In this document: positions 8,171 through 14,658 of the stretch, one piece after another | Position numbering within the stretch: the stretch's first letter is position 1 | Layout of the letters: each line of letters begins with the position of its first letter | NCBI GenBank assembly: GCA_049699855.1 | Contig: JBNAWM010000030.1 | Span: 1 to 14,658, forward strand | Direction of reading: 5' to 3' | DNA length: 14,658 bases | From: Candidatus Cryosericum sp. | Lineage (GTDB): Bacteria > Caldisericota > Caldisericia > Cryosericales > Cryosericaceae | The notes under the pieces: model-generated | Told to the model about the DNA's origin: nothing | Database searches by the model: none | Seen by the model: the letters and a program-made list of their open reading frames with translations, nothing else | Program-made: the position numbers and the translations under genes

Positions 8171-8922
8171 GACTGCTGCTTTGCTATGCGCGCCAGGAAG
8201 TCTGCAGTCGCCTGCACGACGAGGCGCCACTGCTCGGACGGTGGTATGGTGGCAGCGTGGTCACCCGACTGGGATCCGTACGAGCCGAACTGAGCATGAT
8301 TGCCACCCTCGATGACCTGGTACGTTGTCGTGGCGGGCAGCAAATCTCGTGTTGCCGTTATCTTGGTCGGTGTCGCCAGCCCGTCGCGCGTCCCGCTGAC
8401 CGAGAGGACGGGGATGGTCGAGCCGGAGAGATCGTCGGAGGCGGCGGGATAGGAAGCCCAGAGCACGAGGCCCTTGATCTCGGCCGGGTGCAGGCGGGCA
8501 AAGTGCGCTGCCATGGAGCCGCCCAGCGAGTGGCCGCCAATTGTCCAGACGTGGATGTCCAGATGAGTGTCGATGACGTCCTGGGCGCGTTCCGGCGAGA
8601 GGATGGCGAGGTGCAGCAGCATGGGAGTGATGATGACCGTCGCTCCGCTGGCGGCGATACCCTGGGCCAGTGGGGCGTAGGCGCGCGGGTCGATGCGCGC
8701 CCCGGGGTACAGGATGAAGCCGACCCCAGTGCGGGACCCGGTCGGTTCGAACATCAGGCGCCCGGCGGCATCCACGGACACCTTGACATGGTCGTTGCTC
8801 TTCATCGCGGCAAACGCTTCGGCCGTCGGCTTGGCAGGCGTGTTTGCCCATGCCACGAATCCGCCGGCGGCCAGAAGGATCACCAGCAGGAGCGTGACGA
8901 GAACGCGCTTGATGATGCGCAT
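8167..8922 (-). CDS. Alpha/beta-fold hydrolase (Abhydrolase_5 type carboxylesterase-like) with N-terminal membrane anchor
   Basis: ILYPGARIDPRAY, nucleophile GGHSLGG, GTRDGL (Asp) and IEGGNHAQFGSYG (His). Start placed at ATG 8922 (MRIIKR plus hydrophobic helix), 8 nt after the korB stop. Confidence 0.9.
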   Translation of the reverse strand: MRIIKRVLVTLLLVILLAAGGFVAWANTPAKPTAEAFAAMKSNDHVKVSVDAAGRLMFEPTGSRTGVGFILYPGARIDPRAYAPLAQGIAASGATVIITPMLLHLAILSPERAQDVIDTHLDIHVWTIGGHSLGGSMAAHFARLHPAEIKGLVLWASYPAASDDLSGSTIPVLSVSGTRDGLATPTKITATRDLLPATTTYQVIEGGNHAQFGSYGSQSGDHAATIPPSEQWRLVVQATADFLARIAKQQS

Positions 8923-8930
8923 GGCGAGGG

Positions 8931-9779
8931 TCAGGTCAGTTCTTCCAGCAGAGGCTCGTAGCGCGTCATGTCGGTGTTCCAGCTCTGCCACAGCGGGGGC
9001 TGGTTGTGCAGAGCGGGATGCAGGTCATGGTAGGCTGGCCGTTCGTGCACGTACAGGATGCCGATGGGGATATGGTCGCCCCACTCCAGCGCCTTGGCAA
9101 ACGCGGCCTCGCGGTTGGTCGGGTCATAGTCGTCCGGCAGCCGCTGGACGCGCTGCTTGTACCAGCCAAACGTGTTGACCTTGTTGAAGGTCACGCACTG
9201 CTGCAGGACATCGACCAGCGCGAACCCGTGATGGTTGATGGCGGCGCGCATCGTGGCGGCAAGGTGGTCGGGATCGCCTACGAAACTGCGTGCGACAAAC
9301 GAGCAGTCGAGGGCTATGGCGGTCGCCAGCGGGTTGAAGGGCTCCAGCATGACACCCTCGGTCTGGGCGACGGTCAGCGTTCCCATCGCTGTCGTCGGGG
9401 ACGCCTGTCCCTTGGTCAGACCATAGATCTGGTTGTCGTGGACGACCAGCGTCAGGTCGACGTTGCGCCGCATGGCTGCCATGAGGTGGTTGCCTCCCTC
9501 TCCATAATTACAGCCGTCACCTGAGTGGACCACAACGGTAAGGCTGCTGTTCGCGATCTTGGCTGCCTGGGCGGCGGGCAGTGCCCGTCCGTGCAAGCCG
9601 TTCAGGACGTTGACGCCTTTCAGGTAGTGTGGCAGTTTGGCTGCCTGCCCGATACCGGACACATACAGAAACTCATTCCGGGGAATGTTGCTGCTCTCGA
9701 TCACCCGGTTCACGGCATCCAGGAGCGCAAAGTTGCCACAGCCCGGGCACCACGCAATATCCATCCCGTCTTTCCACAT
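8931..9779 (-). CDS. korB: 2-oxoacid:ferredoxin oxidoreductase subunit beta (TPP-binding, KorB/PorB family)
   Basis: WCPGCG, LHGRALP, TPP motif SGDG...GGNH...DNQIYGLTKGQASPT, CVTFN and IPIGILY. RBS GGAGGTG lies in the end of the alpha gene. Substrate is not established, so the symbol denotes the family. Confidence 0.92.
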   Translation of the reverse strand: MWKDGMDIAWCPGCGNFALLDAVNRVIESSNIPRNEFLYVSGIGQAAKLPHYLKGVNVLNGLHGRALPAAQAAKIANSSLTVVVHSGDGCNYGEGGNHLMAAMRRNVDLTLVVHDNQIYGLTKGQASPTTAMGTLTVAQTEGVMLEPFNPLATAIALDCSFVARSFVGDPDHLAATMRAAINHHGFALVDVLQQCVTFNKVNTFGWYKQRVQRLPDDYDPTNREAAFAKALEWGDHIPIGILYVHERPAYHDLHPALHNQPPLWQSWNTDMTRYEPLLEELT

Positions 9780-9780
9780 G

Positions 9781-11463
9781 TCAGATCACCTCCAGCTTGT
9801 GCAGTCTGGCGGCTACGTAGTCCGCCGTCAGCGGTCGTCCATCATAGCGCAGTACCGAGCGCTCGATGCGCCTGCCTGTCTCGCGCGCGATCAGCTGTGC
9901 AAACTGGGCGGTTGCGTTGCCCTCGACGGCAATCACGGTCCGTGCGCGCGCCATCTCCTCCAGCAGGAGGTCGGTCTTCAGGGGCCAGACCTCATTGAAG
10001 TGCACCAGCCGCAGGTCGGCGGGATGGTCCAGCACGACTTCCTCCAGGGCCCCAAAGCTGGAGCCCCATCCCACCAGCAGGGCAGGACCCTTGCCCAGGA
10101 CGACGGGCTCGCCGATCTCCTCCAGCAAGCTCCTCTGCTTGCCCAGGCGCTTGTCCATCATGCGCTGGCGGTTGTCGAGGTCCTCCGACAGGTGTCCCTC
10201 CTCGTCGTGCTCGTCGCTGTCGATGATCACCGGCCAGGCAGTCTGCAGGGGCACCAGGCGGGGCGAGATGCCCGAGGGTGTCAGGGCATATCGCTCATAG
10301 GGTTCCTGGTAGGTGCCGGGCTCGGCCAGATGCCGGTCGAGATGAACCGCGCCAAGGTCCCAGCGCGGAATGGTCATCAGCGTGTCGGCCAATTGCTGGT
10401 CGGACAGGATGATGGCAGGGATCTGGTACTTGGAGGACAGCTCGTATGCTTTGAGGGTCAGGGTAAACGCGTCCTCCGGCGTGCGCGGTGCGCTGACATG
10501 GCGCACGAACTCTCCATGGCCCGCCTGCAGGACAAACCACAGGTCTCCCTGTTCGGTGCGCGTCGGCAGTCCGGTTGCCGGTGCGGGGCGCTGGGCATCC
10601 ACGATGACGATGGGCGTCTCGGTCATGGCGGCCAGCGACAGTGCTTCGATCATGAGGGCAAATCCCCCGCCCGACGTGGAGACCATCTGACGGACGCCCG
10701 CGTAACTGGCACCTACTGCCATGTTGGCTGCGGCGATTTCGTCCTCCGCCTGCTCAACGACGATTCCATACTGCTGGGCGTGGGCCGCAAGGTAGTTCAT
10801 GATGCCAGAGCCGGGTGTCATCGGATAGCCGGAGTAGAATTTGACGCCGGCCACGATCGCCGCCGCGCCGATCGCCTGGCTGGCGTTGGCAAGCAGCTGG
10901 CCCGGCAGGCTGCGCTGCGGCAGGGACCAGGCTTTCATGACATTCTGCGAGTAGCCCTCTGCCAGGACGGGCAGGTTCTTGTCCAGGATTTTGGCGGGCA
11001 GAACCTTGCGCGCAACGGCAGCAGCTGTCTCAAGCGGGATGCTCAGCATGTGGCACATGGCCCCGAAGAGGAAGACGTTTGCCGCCCGCGCGTCCCCGGC
11101 CAGGGCGGTCGCGCGTTCGACTGCAGGCACCTGCGTGGCTCCAGGCAGGTCGATGCCGGACTTGCTGTCGCACAGCACCCTTGTCGAAGGGCCGATCTCC
11201 GTCTCGTGCCCGCTGCCGGCACGATGATACGGCAGGACCGACGAGGCGAGGGGAATGAAGAGGTCCATGTGCTGGCGTACTGCATGGTGCGGCACGTCCG
11301 AGGCTCGAATCGTGGTGGCATCAAGTCCTCCGCGTACGCGGCTGTGGTAGCTCTCGTCCTGAACGACGTAGTAGCCCAGATCGAACAGGACCCGTGCCGC
11401 CAGCGAACCAATGGTCTTGACGCCCTGCCCTGCTTCGCCGCTGATGGTGATTGTGATGTCCAT
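9781..11463 (-). CDS. korA: 2-oxoacid:acceptor oxidoreductase subunit alpha (gamma-alpha fusion, KorA family)
   Basis: N-terminal gamma domain GEAGQGV...SRVRGG, then YSGYPMTP, QAEDEIAA, TSGGGFALM, QRPAPATGLPTRTEQGDL, SDEHDEEG, VGWGS, VEGNATAQ and YDGRP. RBS AAGGAG at 11474-11469. Confidence 0.94.
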   Translation of the reverse strand: MDITITISGEAGQGVKTIGSLAARVLFDLGYYVVQDESYHSRVRGGLDATTIRASDVPHHAVRQHMDLFIPLASSVLPYHRAGSGHETEIGPSTRVLCDSKSGIDLPGATQVPAVERATALAGDARAANVFLFGAMCHMLSIPLETAAAVARKVLPAKILDKNLPVLAEGYSQNVMKAWSLPQRSLPGQLLANASQAIGAAAIVAGVKFYSGYPMTPGSGIMNYLAAHAQQYGIVVEQAEDEIAAANMAVGASYAGVRQMVSTSGGGFALMIEALSLAAMTETPIVIVDAQRPAPATGLPTRTEQGDLWFVLQAGHGEFVRHVSAPRTPEDAFTLTLKAYELSSKYQIPAIILSDQQLADTLMTIPRWDLGAVHLDRHLAEPGTYQEPYERYALTPSGISPRLVPLQTAWPVIIDSDEHDEEGHLSEDLDNRQRMMDKRLGKQRSLLEEIGEPVVLGKGPALLVGWGSSFGALEEVVLDHPADLRLVHFNEVWPLKTDLLLEEMARARTVIAVEGNATAQFAQLIARETGRRIERSVLRYDGRPLTADYVAARLHKLEVI

Positions 11464-11482
11464 GGTGGCTCCTTGGGTTGGA

Positions 11483-12490
11483 TTAGTGACGCAGCGCCTC
11501 GTGGGCTTTGGACACCCAGGCGTGGTCAGTGGCCAGCGCGCGACCGATGCCTACCAGGTCGGCTGTTCCACTCTCGATGACATCCAGAGCAGTCTGCGGC
11601 AGGGTGATGCCACCCGTGCAGACCACGTGCGTGCGGACGGCTGACGATACAGCCGCAGCAAAAGATTTGAAGTATGCCTCCCCGGAGATGCCGGGCGGAC
11701 GACTGCCACACATGCCAGCCGAGACATCCAGGATGGCGACGCCTGCCTGGTCCAGCGCATGGGCGGCCTCCACCCCCTCTTGCAGACTCAACGCTCCATC
11801 GTAAAGGTGAGCATGGGGTGGGTTGTCGGAGACGCCCAGTCTGACCATGATCGGCAGGCTGCTGTGCACAGCTGCCTTGACCTCTTCGATGACCTCCAGC
11901 AGCAGGCGCCTGCGCGCGGCAGGGCTCCCACCATAGGCATCTGCGCGGTGGTTGGTGAGCGGGCTCAAGAACTCTCCCAGCAGGTAGCCGTGGGCACAAT
12001 GGACCTCGACCAGGTCATAGCCCGCTTCCTGCACCCGCCGGGCCGCCGCTCCAAAAGCACGGATCACCGAAGCGATGTCCATGGTCGACATCTCCTCCGG
12101 CATCAGGTGCGAAACGGGGTTCTCCACCGCACTGGGAGCAAGGCATCTGCCGGGCATGCCCTCGCGGCGGTTTGAACCTGCGTGGCTGATCTGAGCCGCG
12201 CACAACGTACCCGCGGCATGGATGGCTTTGGCGATGGCTGCATGTCCGGCCGTGTGGCCGTCGGTTGCCAGCAAGATCTGACGCGGCGATGAGCGGCCTT
12301 CGGGCGCTACAGCCGAGTGCTCGACGACGACGAGTGCGGCACCGCTGGCCGCCAGTGAACCGTACCAGGCGGCGGTTTCCGGACCGGGATGGCCGTCCGC
12401 GTCCGCCTGCTCGGTGGCCATGGGCGGAACCACGATGCGGTTGGGAAGGTGGAGCCCTTGTATGTCCAGTGCAGAGAACAGTTGGTTCAT
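11483..12490 (-). CDS. NADH:flavin oxidoreductase / Old Yellow Enzyme family (single TIM-barrel domain)
   Basis: LPNRIVVPPM, AQISHAG, AARRVQEAGYDLVEVHCAHGYLLGEFLSPLTNHRADAYGGS and ADLVGIGR. Start placed at ATG 12490 after AGGAGG (12502-12497). Confidence 0.92.
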   Translation of the reverse strand: MNQLFSALDIQGLHLPNRIVVPPMATEQADADGHPGPETAAWYGSLAASGAALVVVEHSAVAPEGRSSPRQILLATDGHTAGHAAIAKAIHAAGTLCAAQISHAGSNRREGMPGRCLAPSAVENPVSHLMPEEMSTMDIASVIRAFGAAARRVQEAGYDLVEVHCAHGYLLGEFLSPLTNHRADAYGGSPAARRRLLLEVIEEVKAAVHSSLPIMVRLGVSDNPPHAHLYDGALSLQEGVEAAHALDQAGVAILDVSAGMCGSRPPGISGEAYFKSFAAAVSSAVRTHVVCTGGITLPQTALDVIESGTADLVGIGRALATDHAWVSKAHEALRH

Positions 12491-12536
12491 GGCGTGCCTC
12501 CTGTGCGAAACGAAGAAACTGGCATCTTCTGATGTC

Positions 12537-12564
12537 ATTCTAGGGGGTGTGCGCGCGTTTGCAA
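12537..12564 (-). promoter_or_regulatory. Sigma70-type promoter for the OYE-korA-korB-hydrolase unit
   Basis: Minus strand reads TTGCAA (12564-12559), 16-nt spacer, TAGAAT (12542-12537), about 45 nt upstream of the start codon. Confidence 0.65.
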
Positions 12565-12600
12565 GCACCAGCCCCGTATGGCGCCACGGCACATTCAGAC

Positions 12601-12606
12601 TATACT
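12601..12606 (+). promoter_or_regulatory. Probable -10 element for pncB-pncA
   Basis: TATACT ends 46 nt before the pncB ATG. There is no convincing -35 (ATGGCG or TGGCGC at 17 or 16 nt spacing). Confidence 0.45.
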
Positions 12607-12652
12607 ATGGACGTCAGGGGGACCGATATCTGGTCCTGAGAGGAGCACAGCC

Positions 12653-14086
12653 ATGGCTGAACGACGTGGGCAGGCGTATCACCGCAAGTTTTCACCGCTG
12701 TATACGGATTACTACGAATATTCGATGACGCAGGGCTACTACCTGTCAGGCAAGGGGCAGGACGAGGCCGTGTTCGACATCTTCTACCGGGCAAACCCGT
12801 ACGGGGGAGGATATGCGATTGCCGCAGGACTGCGCGACGCCATCGACTACGTGCTGGGCATGCGTTTCAGCGCCGAGGAGCTGAGCTACCTGAGCTCTCT
12901 GGGCTTCCGGGATGACTTCCTGCATGTGCTGGAGCAGATGCGATTCACGGGAGACATCACCGCCGTGCCGGAGGGCGAGGTGGTATTCCCGGGCGAGCCG
13001 ATCATCACGGTCAAGGGCCCTCTCATCGAAACACAGCTGCTGGAAGCCCTCATCCTGAGCACGGTCAACTTTCAGACGCTGGTCGCCACCAAGGCGCGCC
13101 GCCTCGTCGGTGCAGCCCGCGGTAGGGCGATCATCGATTTCGGCCTGCGCCGCGCGCAGGGAGACGGCGGCATGGCCGCGAGCCGCGCCAGCTTCGTGGG
13201 TGGCGCTGCAATGACCTCCAACGTCCTGCTTGCCTTCGAGGAGAACGTGCCCGCGGGCGGCACGGTTGCCCACAGCTGGATCCAGAGCTTTGACTCCGAG
13301 CTGGAGGCGTTCCGCGTCTACGCCGGAATGCACCCGGATGACGCCATCCTCCTGCTGGACACGTATGATACGCTGCAGCAGGGTCTGCCCAATGCCATCA
13401 CCATCGGCAAGGAGCTTGAGGCACAAGGGCATCACCTGCGCGGGGTGCGCCTGGATTCGGGAGACCTGGCCTATCTCAGCAAGCGGGTGCGTGCCGCACT
13501 GGACGAGCATGGGCTGGGCTACGTCAAGATCTCGGTCAGCAACCAGCTGGACGAGTACGTCATCGATTCGCTGATCGATCAGGCTGCACCCATCGATACA
13601 TTCGGGGTGGGGACCCGTCTGGTGACCGGGTATGGAGACGGCGCGCTGGATGGCGTCTACAAGATGGTTCAGCTCAAGGGGCGCCCGATTATCAAGATCT
13701 CGGAGAATCCCGCCAAGATCAACGTGCCCGGCGAAAAGGATGTCTACCGCTACTACGATGCCAGCGACGGGCTCTGGCTCATGGACGGGCTGTGCCTGAG
13801 GGGATGCGATGAGGATCCCTCTGTGCTGATGCACCCCGACTTTGACTACAAGAAGACCGAAGTGGCCGGCCTGCGGCGCGAGAACATCCGCAAGGAGATC
13901 GTCCATGGGGGCGAGCTGGTCTACACCTTCCCCACACTGTCCGAAACGGCGCAGTGGAGCGCACAGCGGTTTGCACTGCTGTACAGCGAGCACAAGCGCT
14001 TCACCAACCCGCACACCTATCACGTGGGCGTCAGCCGCGAGCTGTACGACCTGCGCCGCAAGCTCATCGAGGAGCGCTCGTCATGA
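12653..14086 (+). CDS. pncB: Nicotinate phosphoribosyltransferase
   Basis: LYTDYYEYSM, AVPEGEVVFPGEP, NFQTLVATKA, DFGLRRAQG, GTVAHSWIQ (phospho-His), LLDTYD, GVRLDSGDL, SNQLDE, FGVGTRL and VYKM. Start placed at ATG 12653 after AGGAG (12641-12645). Confidence 0.96.
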   Translation: MAERRGQAYHRKFSPLYTDYYEYSMTQGYYLSGKGQDEAVFDIFYRANPYGGGYAIAAGLRDAIDYVLGMRFSAEELSYLSSLGFRDDFLHVLEQMRFTGDITAVPEGEVVFPGEPIITVKGPLIETQLLEALILSTVNFQTLVATKARRLVGAARGRAIIDFGLRRAQGDGGMAASRASFVGGAAMTSNVLLAFEENVPAGGTVAHSWIQSFDSELEAFRVYAGMHPDDAILLLDTYDTLQQGLPNAITIGKELEAQGHHLRGVRLDSGDLAYLSKRVRAALDEHGLGYVKISVSNQLDEYVIDSLIDQAAPIDTFGVGTRLVTGYGDGALDGVYKMVQLKGRPIIKISENPAKINVPGEKDVYRYYDASDGLWLMDGLCLRGCDEDPSVLMHPDFDYKKTEVAGLRRENIRKEIVHGGELVYTFPTLSETAQWSAQRFALLYSEHKRFTNPHTYHVGVSRELYDLRRKLIEERSS

Positions 14087-14631
14087 GCCGTGGGAGTTTT
14101 GGCCTGGAGACGGCGCTTCTGGTTGTCGACGTCCAGAATGACTTCTGCCCCGGCGGTGCACTGGCTGTGGCGGGAGGCGATGACATCATCCCCGTCATCA
14201 ACACGTGGATGCCCCGCTTTGCCACCGTCATCGCATCGCGCGACTGGCATCCCGCGGGCAGTGCGCATTTCCGGAAGTGGCCGCCCCACTGCATCGCCGG
14301 GACCGTTGGGGCGAAGTTCCGGGCAGGCCTGGACACGCGGCACATCCAGCTGGTTCTCGACAAGGGCACCAGCGGCGCTGACGACGGGTACAGTGCCTTC
14401 GAGGCGACCAATGTGGACCTGGAGGGCTGGCTGAGGGTCCGGAAGATCACCACCCTCTATGTCTGCGGGCTCGCGACCGACTACTGCGTCCTGCAGACGG
14501 TGCTGGATGCGCGGCGGCGCGGCTTCGACGTCGTGGTCCTCCGAGAGGCGATCGCGGCGGTCGAGGTTCAGCCCGGCGATGGACAGCGTGCCCTGGAGGC
14601 AATGGAAGCTGCGGGCGCGCACCTCCTCTAG
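14083..14631 (+). CDS. pncA: Nicotinamidase/pyrazinamidase (isochorismatase family)
   Basis: VVDVQNDFCPGGALAV (Asp), DWHP..HF..WPPHC (metal ligands), KG (Lys), GYSAF and GLATDYCV (Cys). ATGA start/stop overlap with pncB at 14083-14086. Confidence 0.95.
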   Translation: MSRGSFGLETALLVVDVQNDFCPGGALAVAGGDDIIPVINTWMPRFATVIASRDWHPAGSAHFRKWPPHCIAGTVGAKFRAGLDTRHIQLVLDKGTSGADDGYSAFEATNVDLEGWLRVRKITTLYVCGLATDYCVLQTVLDARRRGFDVVVLREAIAAVEVQPGDGQRALEAMEAAGAHLL

Positions 14632-14658
14632 CGGGCGAGAACCTTTTCTGCAGGGGAT

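Noticed and set aside
9637..11580. 647-aa plus-strand ORF opposite korA
   Set aside because: Codon-register mirror of korA with no domain features.
12547..12564. Possible Rex operator GTGTGCG-cgcg-TTTGCAA over the OYE promoter
   Set aside because: Only 9 of 14 positions match TTGTGAA-N4-TTCACAA, and the right half is already explained by the -35 element.
12746..14622. 425-aa and 200-aa antisense ORFs opposite pncB and pncA
   Set aside because: Shadow ORFs of well-supported genes, with no motifs or clear RBS.
1..14658. CRISPR arrays, IS/integrase genes, tRNA/rRNA, defence systems
   Set aside because: I saw no periodic repeats, transposase or integrase motifs, or RNA-gene signatures. The intergenic gaps are all about 160 bp or shorter.

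Overview
GC-rich bacterial chromosomal window, densely coding, with 14 protein genes in three blocks. (1) Plus strand 19-4278: a BpsA/DUF43 branched-chain polyamine synthase, a Nudix hydrolase, a YifB/ComM AAA+ ATPase and an exported NodB-type polysaccharide deacetylase. (2) Minus strand 12490-4287: an Old Yellow Enzyme flavin oxidoreductase, 2-oxoacid:ferredoxin oxidoreductase alpha and beta subunits and two membrane-anchored alpha/beta hydrolases. These are followed by a separately promoted copper module (csoR - copA - small YHS/TRASH protein) with a visible sigma70-type promoter and a CsoR-type C-tract/G-tract operator. (3) Plus strand 12653-14631: the NAD salvage pair pncB-pncA. I see no mobile element, CRISPR array, rRNA or tRNA. 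The most notable points are a thermophile-marker enzyme (BpsA) whose composition differs from its neighbours, a Cys-to-Gln change at an Fe-S ligand position of the oxidoreductase beta subunit, a stand-alone YHS protein where CopZ would be expected, and a multi-conformation structured spacer upstream of the deacetylase. No wholly new system can be demonstrated from the sequence alone. All calls come from motif recognition by eye; no searches were run.
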